Source: Isurus oxyrinchus | Taxonomy: Eukaryota | DNA: 64,000 nt | NCBI GenBank assembly: GCA_026770705.1 | Contig: JANJGN010000126.1 | Location: forward strand, 1,116,001-1,180,000 | Reading direction: 5' to 3' | Shown here: piece by piece, positions 23,855-37,056 of the stretch | How the letters are laid out: the number at the start of each line of letters is the position of its first letter | How positions within the stretch are numbered: the stretch's first letter is position 1 | Notes under the pieces: generated by a model | Database searches by the model: none | The model's input: the letters and a program-made list of their open reading frames with translations, nothing else | What the model was told of the DNA's origin: nothing | Program-made: the position numbers and the translations under genes

Positions 23855-24321
23855 TTATTGAAGCTTGTTCAATTAGGTGAGAGGGAAAATTGTTTCGCTC
23901 CTGCTTGTTGTTGAATATTAGCTGAATGCAGAATCTCACATCTGTATTGAACTTACTCTTTGTCTTTTCACAAAGTGGACACTCAGCAAAGTGAGGGTAT
24001 CCTTCAACTGGCAGCACGTGAGTGGAGAATATTCAAAATGAATATTCAATAAAAACATATCTGTTGGAACTCGCCGGGTAACAGGAGAGTTGGCGATGTT
24101 TGCATTTTTTTGTCACTGAAGTACCCAATGAGAACGCAGGACTGTGAGACAATGAATGCTGCTCCAGCTAACAGCAATCGCTGTTGTCATTGGCTGAAGA
24201 AGTCATTTGTGTTCTACATAAACCTATCATTTTGTGGGAGAAAAGTGCCTCTGGTGAAAGACATGTGAAATGAAAATAAAATGCACAGGTAGCATGGATA
24301 AGCTGGGTTGTGAATTTGCAA

Positions 24322-24355
24322 GCCTGGGGGTCTAGTGGTTAGGATTCGGCGCTTA
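24322..24355 (+). pseudogene. tRNA-Glu 5' half fragment (a 3' half fragment lies at ~25217-25270 minus)
   Basis: GGTCTAGTGGTTAGGATTCGGCGCTT then deletion. Confidence 0.6.
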
Positions 24356-26724
24356 TAAATGTCATGCAAATGATTAAAATAAATGTTCATTACTTCCTGA
24401 TTGAAAACTGAAAACACTTATCAGCTCTGCCTGAATCAGTGGAGTGAGAGCTGGAGTTTTGTATCAGAGCCGGAAATGTCACCCGTGCAACAGGTCATGA
24501 ACAAATATAGAGGTGAAGATAAGACATCAGAGAAGGGCTGTGATCGGCTGAAAAGCAGTGACCATAGAGATGGTGGTGCATGGGAAAATGTAGAGGTGAT
24601 AGGGGACATTTTATTGTTTGCACTGACACAAATATTTCCCAGAGCTGTTTCCAAATCTCGTGACAAATGAGAAGGAAATTTCCCACTGAATTTATTCAGT
24701 TCCATGATCTTAAAGGAGCAGAACACAAGGGAAGAAGGTGGATTTTGCTGGAAAGGGTTGTAAGATGATGGCATGACTGTGAAGGCAGCAGCAGTGAGGA
24801 TGCAAATGAAACAATTATAGAAAATTACAGCACAGAAAGAGGCCATTCGGCCCGGCGTGCTGCTTTGAAAAAACAGTTGTGATTGGTTGATCAGAGATAT
24901 TTGTCCCAGTTTGAACAGCAGGAAGAAAAATCTGTCCCATTCCCACCCACATTTTGCACCATCATCCCTTTAGTCAGTTTCTCCCTCATGTCTTGTAACC
25001 TATCACAGTCCTTCCCTTCTGTCCTTTCAATCCCCTCCCTCCGGCTCTGGACTTGTTTTCCAACTGTCACATCTCTGACTTTTCCAGATCTGATGAAGGT
25101 TCATCTAGCTGGAAGATTAACTCTCTTTCTCACTGCACAGAAGTTGCCAGATCTGATTTCATTCAATAAGCAATTCCTGTTCATTGTGATAAGTCACACA
25201 ACGAAAAGGAAAAGGTTTTCCCTGTACGGGAATTAAACCTAGGCTGCAGCGGTGAAAGCACCAAATGCTCAGAATTAAATACTCTGACTTTCAATGGCGC
25301 AGAGAGCAGTTTTCACTCAGAAACCAGCAGCTGTGATATTAACAAAGCAGGATGGAGACAGACTCAGTTTGAGCGGTGACACAGCCGGAGGAATGGAAAC
25401 TTGGGGATCACCCATGAAAGCAGCAAAGTTTAAAAGGGGAATTTCGCTGAACACAGGTCGCAAAAGGAACAGACCTGGCATTAAGAGTCTCAGACGCCGT
25501 CGACTGAACTCGCCAGGCATGTAAGAAGAGTGAAGCATTCCACATCCCAACATCCATGGAGATCACTGCTGTTTTCGACTTCAAGCATCAACTTGTTCCG
25601 AATTTCAAAGGTGATCGATCTCCAAAAGCCCCAAGTTTGCAATACATTCCTCTCAATCATCAATAAAATCATTCACATCTTCCACTTCTTAGCTGCACCT
25701 CCTTCCAAACATTGCAAACTCCTCTTCAATCTTTCATCTTGATATTTTGGTATGAAACTGCACAGCTACTATGACTAAAGTTTGTGATGGTGAAAAATGT
25801 GTTCAACCCCTTGGGGAACTGAACCACGTTGACACATAAAGACCTTTACACCGAGAGTGACAAACACCCAGAAAACAAGAATGTCACCAAATTGGCCAAT
25901 TATTGTTCCATTTCAGACTGCAGATTTAGTGAATGTTTGCAGATGAACGGAAATAAGAAACACAGAAATAGTTGGATGTTATTTTATTTCATTTAACTGA
26001 TCATTAATTCCGAAGGCAGTTTGCTGAAGTCAGGAGTTGATCCGGGCAGTGTCGCAGGAAAGAGAGGAATGAGGATCAGGAGGAGGCCATTCAGCCCTTT
26101 GAATCTGCATCGCTATTCAGTAAGATCATGGCTGATCTGATTGTGGTCTCAAGGCCACTTTGCTGTCTACTCAATATTTGGAAAATATTCTCAGTTGGCA
26201 GCTGGGAAAATGGAGAAGGAACCAAAACAGAAAACCCAGTCTCCAGCTTCGTGTATCTTTAGAAACTCTTTGGGAACCGGAATCAGAGGAGAATGAAGGG
26301 TGAACTGTTCGACTGACCAGAGACATTCAAGGCACCTTTCCCTTCTTTAAGACGCTGGAACATTAACACTGAAGTTATCAGTGAAATTATCTGACCTGAG
26401 AGATTGAAATGATTCTCGTTACTGCACATCAGGAATTCAAACCTAACATCGGCTTCAGGGCAATCAGAATACTTGGTAACAGACAAGACGCCGAAAGGCT
26501 GGAAGGAAGATGGCACCTGTTGTAGGAGAGCTGGTTCCCGGTGACATGGATGTGTCTGCAGTGGGTGGGATCAGACTGTTTCCATGTATCCACAGTGAAT
26601 GTCCCTCCCTTTAATTTGGAAGAGTAAAAATGAACAGAACAATTGTCATCCCGGTGGCAGCAATCTGAAGCATAAACACGCTGACACCCTGGTTTAGGAA
26701 AGTTGGCAGGTCAGCCTTACTTCA

Positions 26725-26798
26725 GTCTGTGTGGCGCAATTATTTAGCGCATTCCAATATTAGCCAAAACGTTGGTGGCTCAATACCACCCAGGGACG
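26725..26798 (+). pseudogene. tRNA-Asn pseudogene
   Basis: GTCTGTGTGGCGCAAT..TTGGTGGCTCAATACCACCCAGGGACG. Confidence 0.75.
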
Positions 26799-27480
26799 AA
26801 GATTTCACTTTTTTCTCCCTATCAGCTTTCATTGCCACACAGTTCCGGGCTCTCATTGGCTACTTGAGCTGCAAGGAATTATCCCACAAACTTTACCCTT
26901 AACCAGTGTGTTCCCAAATCGATGTTTTTGTTTTGAATGTTCATTCCAAACACAATAAAAAACAATAAACGACTATGTAATTACACCTAACTCATTAGAC
27001 ACCTGTGAAATTATTGGTTTCAAACAAACCCGTCAATTATTCTCTCTTCTTCGGCTCCACAGTGAGTGAGACAGGGAAAAGTAGAAATGTAGCAATATTC
27101 CGGCGCCCCACTCTCTAATCACCCACTGCCAGCTGAAAGATTTTCTCTCTTTGCTGAGGGTTTATCCTGTGAAATGGTGAATGGGAAATGTAATGTGACT
27201 GAGTGATATTACATTCACTTAACATGCAACTACAAACATGAATGATGCAAAATGTGCCAGCTCACTGTCAAAAATAGATGCCTGTCATGCTTCATTTTAA
27301 CAGGAAGAGTGAGGAGAGACAATATAAATTTAAATTGCAGTGGAGAAAATGTGGGGTTATCAAATTAGTTGAATTCCTATTGCCATCAGCCAGCATGGAC
27401 ACGATGGGCTGAATGTCATCTTCCTCTGCTGTAGATATTTATGATTTTATACTATCGACATTTCCCTGTGCACAGGGCCA

Positions 27481-27536
27481 GTTGTCGTGGCCGATTAGTT
27501 TAGGCGATGGAGACAAAGTCCGTTGGGATTCCCCGC
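27481..27536 (+). pseudogene. tRNA-Ser pseudogene lacking T-arm
   Basis: GTTGTCGTGGCCGATTAGTTTAGGCGATGG..; followed by the Ser downstream module. Confidence 0.6.
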
Positions 27537-28104
27537 TTCTCATTATTCCTGTTTTTAACTGTGTCTATAGAGTTAATTATAGGTTAAATTCAATCAAATC
27601 TATCCAAACTCTTGGGGGTTTTTCTATTCCTGTTCATTCACGAAAAGACTCACGAAACTTGGAACTGGAATAAAACTTGGCTTCATGCTTGCTTTCTGGA
27701 TATTTGCCTCTCCTTAGAGACAAACCCTTGCCCTCTGTCACTCTTAGTGCGTATGTTTGCGTGTGTTCCTCTGTGTGTGTCAATGTGAGTCAGTTCCCCG
27801 AGGGGTGAACGCATTTTTACCATCACTAACTTTATTTAAATTAGTTGTGCAACTTCATGTTAAAAGTTAGAGAAAAATATCAGGATGAAAGAGAGAGTTT
27901 GAAATTTTTGGAAGGAGGTGCAACTAAGAAGCGGAAGATGGGAATGCTGTTATTGATGATTGAGAGGGATGCATTGCAACCTTGGGGCTTTTGTAGGTCG
28001 ATTCCCTTCTCCACTCTAAGATTCAGAACAAGCTGAGGCTCCAGGTGGAAAAAAAAAACGCCTGTCGCCATATCTGTTGGGATATGAAGGCTTCTTTCCC
28101 TCAT

Positions 28105-28177
28105 TCCCGGCTAACTCAGTCAATAGAATATAAAACGCTTAATTTCAGGGTCATGTGTTGGAGCCCCATGCTGGGGG
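28105..28177 (+). pseudogene. tRNA-Lys(CTT) pseudogene
   Basis: CCCGGCTAACTCAGTC..CTTAATTTCAGGGTC; same context as 8885. Confidence 0.65.
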
Positions 28178-29153
28178 CTGTTGTCATTTACAATCTTGCT
28201 GCTTTAAAACAAAAAAGAACACAACTTCATTCAGTGGCACCTACAAGGCAGACAGTTACCACTGGTGCCAACTAATAGACATCAAATTCAAAGCACTTTC
28301 ATATCGCGTTTCTTTCTGCTTCTGTCCCTGTCTCGCCTCCAGCTCCCTCTGCCCTCACAGCTCCCAGGTCAACAAGCTGCTTGATGTAGACACAGTCAGT
28401 TCGTAGGAATGTAAGACACAATACGATAGGTTTGCAGACCATAGAGTGAAAAGATACCACCTTCCTGATTCTCCCAGATACTGATTACAGGAATGTGCAT
28501 AGTGCCGATTATCCACAGTCACACTCTCCTTCCAGTCTTGTCTACGTTAATCAGCTTTGAAATTGTTCACATTTTTACACAGGATTTCAATGTGAAGAAA
28601 GCAGAGCTGTGAGAAGCTTATATTGTTCAGCAGATGTATTGCAGGAAGGTGCCTAACAGGCTGATGGTAACAGTGCTCTTTGGACACGGTGAGCTCCAGT
28701 GAAGGATTGGCAGCATTAATGTGTCGCTCATTTAGTCTCATGACAAATCTCGTGCTGGAAATGACAAGAAAAGTCGCGGAATTTGCTCCGTGTTTTGGTT
28801 TCCGATGAGCAGAAAACAAGGGAAGAAAGCGCAGTGGGTTATAAAGTGGCAGTGCTGGCGGTGTTGGGAAACATAACATTATAGAAAATTCCAGCACAGA
28901 AAGAGCCCATTGGGCCCGCCGCGCTGCTTCCAAAGCGGAGTTGATTGATCAGAAGTGATATTTGTGCCGGTGCAAATAGGAGACAGTAACATTCGTCCTT
29001 CTCGCACCCATATTTCGCCTTGCAACCAGCCCTTCTTCCTTTTTGTTTGTTCTCGACTTGTTCGAAGTGTGACATTTTTTGCTGTGAGGCTAAACTTTAA
29101 CTTTCAGTGGAGCTGTTTGCAAATAGTAAGCGATCACACTCAACAAACCTTAA

Positions 29154-29225
29154 TCCCCTGAACGAGAATCGAACCTGGGCCATGACAGTGAAAGCGCCAA
29201 ATCCTAACCACTAGACAACCAGATA
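29154..29225 (-). pseudogene. tRNA-Glu(TTC) pseudogene
   Basis: TGGTTGTCTAGTGGTTAGGATTTGGCGCTTTCAC..GGTTCGATTCTC. Confidence 0.75.
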
Positions 29226-30428
29226 ATCTGTTAAAGTTGCTGATTTGGCTTATCCACGCTTCTTTTGCCTATTGTTTTTCAGTTCAGATCCCTTTCATCT
29301 CAAAACTGCCTGTTTAGGCTTAACACAAACGAATTCTTCAGCCAATGATAACGATGGTTGCTGTGAGCTGGAACATGAAATTAACAATGAGGTGAAATTG
29401 TCCCACAAGCTGCACATGCCCTACTTTCAATTTCCAGACTCTCCACCCTATTCACTGTTGGTCCAATGGAAGCGCCGATCCCCAGTCATGAGGCATCAGG
29501 GAAAGTACCAAAAAGGTTTGACATTTGGCATTTAGAAGCTACTTTCGACTTTTGTTTTCCATTCCCGATATTTTCACCAGAGAGAACTTTCTCCGACTAA
29601 TTGATCTGTTTAGGTTGAACACAGGAGACTTCTTTAGCCAATGAGAAGAAACATTGCTGTGAGCTGGAACATGAAATCGATACTTTCCTCCTGTAAGACA
29701 GTTCTTAAAGCCTCCGCCTTTGACCCAGCTTTTAGTCATCTGACCGATTATGTGGCTCGGTGTCACACTTTGTTATATAATGATCACGGGGGACGCCTTG
29801 TGACATTTCAACGAATTAAATGCGCTTTATAAATATGCTATTATATGCAGAAGCATTATCAAAACTTGCCCTTTTAAGTGAGAGGAAAGCTGCCTTATTC
29901 CTGTTTGTTGTTGGATATTAACTGAGCGCAGTATCTTATAAGCGACTTAGATTCGCTCTTCACCATTACACAGAATAAACACTCAGGAAAGTGAATGTAT
30001 CTTTCTGCTGGCAGCGGGTGAGTGGAGAGTGCGGGGCCGGAATATTGCTGCTTTTCTGCTTTTCCCTGTCTCACTCATTGTAGAAATGAGGAAGAGGGAA
30101 TCATTAACGGGTCTATTTGAAACCAATAACTTCATAGATTTGTAGGTACCTGGTTGGTCAGTTGTTAAATTATATTTTAAATTTATATTCAGATAAAAAA
30201 AAACACTGCTGTTGGAACCCGCTGAGCAACAGGAGAGTTGGATTCTTTTCTCTCTGTCGCTTAAGGACCCAATAACAACCCGGAACTGTCTGACGATGGA
30301 TGTTGTTTGTGTTTTATATAAACGTGTCAGTTTGAGGGAAAAACGTGTCTCTAATGAAAGAGGTTTGAAATGAAAATAAAAGGCACAGGTAGCATGGCTT
30401 ATCCAGGTTGTGAGGTTTGTGAGCACCT

Positions 30429-30500
30429 TCCCTGGTAGCCCAATAACTAGGATTCTATGCTTTCATAGGCAGGGCGTGGGTTCGATTCCTGGTTAGGGAG
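30429..30500 (+). pseudogene. tRNA-Glu(TTC) pseudogene
   Basis: TCCCTGGT..GCTTTCA..GGGTTCGATTCCTGGTTAGGGA. Confidence 0.7.
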
Positions 30501-31007
30501 CAGTGAATTTGGTAACCTAGAGCGAAGTGCTAGAATGACCCTAAGTAAAAAAATACACAGGCAACCTGCATATCACCTCTACCAGAATGGATGGAGCAAG
30601 AGCTTGTATCAGAGCTCTCAACTGCAACAGATCAAGAGCAAACACCGAGGTGAAGATCTGGTATGTGAGAACATTGCAAATTCCTCTTTCATCTTGATAC
30701 TTTTCTCTGTTACATTGTAATGTGAAGCTGCATAACCAATGTGTAAAAAGTTTGTGATGGGAAAAAATGTGTTTAACCCCTCGGGGGACTGAACTACATT
30801 GACACATAGAAAGGAACACACACGGACATGTACATCTAGAGTGACAGAGGCCTAAGGAGAGACAAAGACCCAGAAAACAACGGTGTCACCAAATTGGCCA
30901 ATAATTGTTCCGTTTCAGACTCCAAATTTAGTGAATGTTTGCAACTGAAATAACTTTTAGTAACACGGATGAGAAGAAGATTTATGATTAATTCTGCAGA
31001 CAGTTTG

Positions 31008-31335
31008 TAATTCATTCTCGGGATGTGGGTTTCGCTGGCTGGGCCAGCATTTATTGCCCATCTCATTGTCCCTTGAGAAGGTGCTGCTGAGCTGCCTTCT
31101 TGAAACGCAGCAGTCCTTGTGGTGTAGGTACACCCAGTGTGCTGTTAGGAAGGGAGTTCCAGGATTTTGACCCAGCGACAGTGAAGAAACAGTGACATGT
31201 TTCCGAGTCAAGATGGTGAGTGCCTTGCAGGAGAAATTCCAGTTTGTCGTGTTCCCATCTATCTGCTGCCCTTGTTTTTCTAGATGGTAATTGTCGTGGG
31301 CTTGGAAGGTTCTGTCTAAGGAGGCTTGGTGATTT
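31008..31335 (-). mobile_element. CR1-group LINE 3' end (family of 1-955)
   Basis: FTVAGSKSWNSLPNS..LLRFKKAAQQHLLKG and shared tail. Confidence 0.8.
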
Positions 31336-32519
31336 GATACACATGTGATAACCACTCCCCTACAGAACAATACCTGACAAAGCCAGAGGCACCTGCACAC
31401 TATGATAAACTGTGAGGTCCTGCAGCCGCACTTTGGGTCTTTGTTTTACAGAAATGGAATTCGGGTGGCAAATTTAGAAATGTCATCAAATTAATCTGAT
31501 GATGTCATCATGAAATGGCAGAGTGCGCGAGGAGACCATTTAAACCATCATATCATTATCAGCTTTTTACAATGTTCCTTCCAATTAGTCTCAATTTCTT
31601 TCTCCTTTCTCCATCATCCTGATCGTTTTTCTCCCTTTCAAGTCATTGTCCAATTCAATTTCGAAAACTCTGAGTTAAGAAAAACAATATTGAAAGAGAT
31701 GCAGGAGCTGCTGCCGTGTCCATGCTCAGTGTGTGAAAATTAACAAAGTTTCCCTGACCCAAAGACATGAAGAGTTATGCTGGGGATTCTTACACAGCTT
31801 TCAAAAAAATTAAGTTCATTTCAAATGGAATTTGAAAAGGAATTTTAGTCTGATGAAGCATCTCCTTATTTTTCTTATTCAATCGATGCAATCTAATCCC
31901 CCTGTGTGTACAACCTGTTACAGAAGCTGTTATAGGAAAGAGGGAAAGGTTTGCTGCAGCTATACAAAGCCCTGGTTAGATCACACCTGGAGGACTGTGT
32001 CTCGCTCTGGGAACGGCACCTTATAAAGGATCAACATTTACCTTGAAAGTTTCAGAGGAGCAGTATTGATGAAGATGGTGAGTCTTGGAAATTGAAAGTT
32101 ACACATCCACAGCTTGTGGCACTATTTCACCTCCCTGTTCACTTCATGTATATGTCTAACACACTCGATGCTGTTATTGGCTGAACAGGTCTTCTGTGTT
32201 TGAACTAAACACGCTCCCACTCCTGGCCCTCCTCAGGGAATGTTGTTTTCTTGTTGTTGTGTGAATTGTCACAATGAACTGTTCCGGGAGTTTCTTTTCC
32301 CTGGGATCTACAAAACCCATCACTTCTCTTCCTCTCTCATTCTCACTCTTTCATTTCCAGTTTGGGAGGGAGAACGAGGAGGGACAGCATAAATTGCAGG
32401 ATTACGGGGAAAAGGCTGGGTTGTTGCAGTGACAGGGTAGGAAGAAGACGCTTTTTCTCGGCTGTAACTATTCTATGATTTCATATATTTGAAATATATA
32501 TATTCCATTGTCCAGGTCT

Positions 32520-32601
32520 GTAGTCGTGGCCGAGTGGTTAAGGCGATGGATTTGAAATCCATTGGGGTTACCCCGCGCAGGTTCAAATCCCGTCGACTAC
32601 G
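32520..32601 (+). tRNA. tRNA-Ser(TGA), near-intact
   Basis: Full 82-nt body, A/B boxes intact, one T-stem mismatch, TTTT immediately downstream, AT-rich block ~30 bp upstream. Confidence 0.9.
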
Positions 32602-32689
32602 TTTTCCGTTATTTCTGATTTTAAACATTGATCTCAGAAATAGGAAATGTAATCGACATTTTCGCAACACCTGTAATAGCAAAGATGGA

Positions 32690-34025
32690 CCAGTGGGTGG
32701 CAGTGTAACCGTGATTGCTCACATCTCATGAAGCAGGCGCTGTCTCAATTATTACTGCATTTGTCACTGTCTCTGTTCATATTAAATTAGACGCCGTTTC
32801 TATTTCTATTACACTAGGACACGTCTCTAATCATATTAGAGAAGGTCACCTCTCAGTTGTTTCTGTAATTGGCTCAGTCACAGTTGTGTATGCACTGGAC
32901 GAGGGCCACAATACAGTTGACACTATCTCAGTCATGACTGCACTGAAGCAGGTCTCGGCTAAAGTTACAATAAGCCATGCCCCAGTTGTCACTGCACTAG
33001 AACTTGTGTCTGGTTATAGAAAACTAGAACATGCTTTTATTTGCATTTAACAAGACTCTGTCTCAGCTATTAGTCTAGTAGAACCTGCCACGTGTCTATC
33101 AAATTGGACCCTATCTCAGGTAATGCTGCACCAATACATTCCTCCATTCATATCACACAATTCCCTGTTTCTATTGTTATTGTCCAATACCATTACTCTC
33201 TTATTGCTGTACTTGTCCATGTCTCTGTTTTTATTAATCTCGTACCTTTGCCGATATTTAGTTCACTAGACACTGCGTCAGATTATATTACAAAGAGCGC
33301 TGGATTATGTGAAGCTCCACTAGACTGTGTATCAGTTTGCTTATACTGGATCCGGTCTGTGTTATTACTACACTAGGCTGGTTCGTATTAAACAAGGTGC
33401 TGTCTCAATTATTACTGCATTCGGCACTGCCTCACTTTTGTTCCACTAATCGCAGCCCTGCTTATAACACACTCAATCATGTCTGCATTTATATTCCGCT
33501 AGACCATTTCAGAACAAGTTACACTAGATTCTTTATCAGCCTGTATCACACACGACCTTGTCTGTCTTTTCAATTAAAATGGATCCTGTCTTTGCAGACG
33601 CTTTGTTTTTGTACCTCTGTCTCTGCTTCTATTCCACTCTCCCTTTCCCTGATTTTACTCCACGAGATCATATCTGTCTCTCTTACACTGGCGGCAGTCT
33701 CCGTTATTATGACTTAGACTCCCTCTACGAAGCAATTACTCTAGTCCCTGTGCCTGTAATAACTACCCTATTTCACTTGATATTGATCCAGGCCCTGCAT
33801 TTCCGTCTCCGCTATTATAGCAGTAGACCCTGTTTATGTTAATATAACACTTGTCTCCGTCCCTGTTATTCGTGCACTCGGTCACGTCTTTGCTTAAGTA
33901 ACATTAGATGTTGTCTCGATTGTTACTGCACTTGTAATGTCTTTGCTTAAATTGCACTAGGCCCTGTCTCAGTAATTACCACACCAGACTCTGTCTCTGT
34001 TGTTATTTCACTTGTCTATGTCTCT
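32690..34025. repeat. Degenerate ~27-nt tandem repeat array (~45-50 units)
   Basis: 9-residue periodicity in translations (KLDAVSISI TLGHVSNHI; KLDPISGNA APIHSSIHI); consensus near ACACTAGACCCTGTCTCAGTTATTACT. Confidence 0.7.
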
Positions 34026-34794
34026 ATAAGGTGGATGTTGAGTTAAAAATGGGCCTCTGACTTTGGCCTAAAACTAGAAGTTTCCCATTGACTGGTTGTT
34101 CCGCGTAGCTCCTGATATTAATTTTCATTACAGCCAAGAGTATTACATATGAGACATCGCCTTTTCTGTGTGTCTGTGTGAAAAGAAATCATGCTGCGTC
34201 ATTCCGCAAAGATAAAAGATTTATCTTCACCAGAATGGTTCAGCTTTTTCTATTTTCTCTTATTCAACCTGTAACTACAGATCGCCTAATATCATAAATA
34301 TTTATTGATAGTACATTCTGTTGTGTGCTCTTGTTCAGAATTTCATGTGATACTAACCATTTCTTTGCCAAGACGGGCATGTTTGTCAACACACTTACTT
34401 AATGTCTGTCATCTCTCTACCTGAGACAGAGTCTAACTCACTGAAACTTATTGAACTCTCTGTCTCCTCTCTCTCTCTCTGTCTCTGAGAAATTGCACAT
34501 TCACTTAACTCTCCGATTTTCTAATAACGCTTTTTTGAATAAAAAACTGAATAAAGAATAATTCCCCTACATTAACTTCAGTGATAACCTTCAGCCCATC
34601 TCCACCCTCAATGAATATGTTAAATCCCAAAGTGTTCCTGCATTTTAATTGCAGATAGGTTAATACTGCAACTATTTATTGATAACTATTCGGTTGTTTT
34701 CCATTGTTTACAAAGTGATATCAGGCTGTCCATTTCGTTTCTAAGAATTGGCTTTGCTGTTCCCAATGATCAGTTAGAAAATTATTTATTATTA

Positions 34795-35290
34795 TTTCAC
34801 GGGACGTGGGCTTCGTTGGTGAGTCCAACATTTTTCTGCCCATCCCTAATTACCCTTGAGAATGTGATGGTGAGCTGCCTTCTTGAACCGCTGCTGTCCA
34901 TGTGGTGCAGGCACACACACAGTGCTGTTAGGAAAGGAGATCCAGAATTTTGACCCAGCGACAGTGAAGGAGCAGCGATACATTTCCAAGTCAAGATGGT
35001 GAGTGACCTGGAAGGAAATTCCAGGTGGTGATGTTCCCATGCATCTGCTGCCCTTGTCCTTCTAGATGGTAGTGGTCGTGGATTTGGAAGGTGCTGTCGA
35101 AGGAGCCTTGATGAGCTCCTGCTGTGCATCTTGTAGGTGGCACACACTGCTGCTACTGTGTGGTGGTGGTAGAGGAAAAGAATGGTGAAGCTGGTAGATG
35201 AGCTGTCAACAATGGAGCGACTTTGTGCTGGATGGTGTCGAACTTCTAGTGTGTTGTTGGAGCTGTGCTCACCCAGGCAAGTGGAGATAA
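34795..35290 (-). mobile_element. CR1-group LINE 3' fragment (family of 1-955)
   Basis: RLLRQHLPNPRPLPSRRTRAADAWEH; shared tail. Confidence 0.8.
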
Positions 35291-36779
35291 GTGGAGCTGC
35301 TATCAGACCTGCTGAGCTTTCCAGCGTTTTCTGTGTTTTCCCCTGGCGTGATGTTCAGTGAGTTCAGGAAATTGGTATCAGAGGGAATGGAGCTGGGAGA
35401 ACGGATCCCTGGGGTGAAGTTCAGTGAGTTCAGGGAGATGGTATCAGTACGACTGAGCTGATCAGGAATACGATTCATTATCGAAGCATAAGGGAGAATG
35501 ACAGGGCTAATAGATTTAACAGAAAAGGTGGAAGTGGAGAGTCAGTGTGTGTTTACCGGAATAAGCACCGTGTATGTGCTTAACAGAAAGGGGTGGGGCA
35601 GGGCATTATGCGGGCTATGTCTGTTTGTGTATTTAACAGAAAATGCAAAGCCAGTGTCTCAGTATCCGATCGGCCCCAGGGTCTGGGAACAAGCCTCATG
35701 TTTATGGTTACTTGCTGCATAACGTTGAACCCCGTCTTTGAGCATTTTCGCAGTTTTGTCCCCCCCAGGTATGTCCAAGAGACCTAAAACTCTGTAATAA
35801 TTTGCAGGAGTTGTACTTAATAATATATCAGTGCCAGACACGCTTCAGTCCCTGGATACGCCCATTGGTTTGTGCTCCTTATTCTGCCTGTGTCATATAT
35901 CTAGCCTGTGGCATCCCCACCTTCAAAGTGTTTCATCGAACAATGCAGAGGGATCTTTACCCTGTTCCTGATCCTGGCTGCCACAACAGTGGGAGTGTTT
36001 GATGGGGCATTGTAAAGGGCGTTTTATGCTCCAATTTCCTGTCCTATATCATCCTCCGATGAAGCCGAACCCTACAGTTTGGAATTGCCAGACATGTGAC
36101 TGTGACCGTCCAGAGTGAAATCACGGAGATGACCCTCCCTGTTCATTCATTCCGCCTCGGGCAATTGCCAGAAACAGAGGTAAAGGTCTCCTTACACGGA
36201 TGGGGCGATGGGTGTAAACAGATCCCAGACAGGAATGGTAAAACTGGGAGAAATGTTCAATAGGGAAAATGGAGTGGTGTCGATGGGCCTTGGAGAAAGG
36301 AATTCAGCAAAGTCACAGTTTATTCATTCTTCGTTCCAGATTTATTAGTAATTTCAGAGAATATTTTACAGGAAATTTTATTTTAAAGTTAACAGAAGTG
36401 AATATAATTCCTGAGGTCACGTTGGGCACAGAGTACATGCACTCTGAGTCCATATGCGCTCTGAGTTGGTAAACTGTATGTACCACTGGAACATAGATCA
36501 GCAAAAGAAAACAGCGGCTCAACGGAGAGGGAAGGGGGCAATAGTGAATACGGAATGAGAAAAGTTATTTAATTAAAATTGAAATCCTAATTCCAGGGAA
36601 ATTAGATGCTACAATTACATTACAACCATTACCATTTCGCACATTTCAAACAGGATCACAGAAATACTGTTAGAGGTTCGGTCACAGATTCGGGATCATC
36701 AAGAGAACATATTTTAAATTGAAATACAGAGATCTTAGTGAACAGCTGAGGAAAAGCTACGGAGTCCAAATTCAACCGA

Positions 36780-36788
36780 TCACTTGAT
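36780..36788 (-). CDS. IGHM: IgM heavy chain TM2 exon (I-K-stop)
   Basis: Acceptor TTTTCTCCCTCTTTTACAG|ATCAAGTGA, phase 0 with TM1; cytoplasmic tail KIK. Confidence 0.85.
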   Translation of the reverse strand: MK

Positions 36789-36928
36789 CTGTAAAAGAGG
36801 GAGAAAATAATGAAGCAGATGTTTATGATCTGGTGCATTTATGTTATAGTCTTTAATTGTTCAAATACTTAGAAAATTTTCAAACCGCTTCTGTCAGATT
36901 GTAGTGTTAGTGGATTGAATCTTCTCAC

Positions 36929-37056
36929 CTTCGCCAGAGTGACGGCAGTGCTGTAGAAAATGCTCAGGAAGAACAGGACAATGAATGTGGAAGCGGTTGT
37001 CCAGATGTTCCCGTTATCGTCCTCATTGTCTTCAATCCAGATGCGGTCTGTGGAAT
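36929..37056 (-). CDS. IGHM: IgM heavy chain TM1 exon
   Basis: DSTDRIWIEDNEDDNGNIWTTASTFIVLFFLSIFYSTAVTLAK with Ig TM motif; CTGTAG| acceptor and AAG|GTGAGA donor. Confidence 0.95.
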
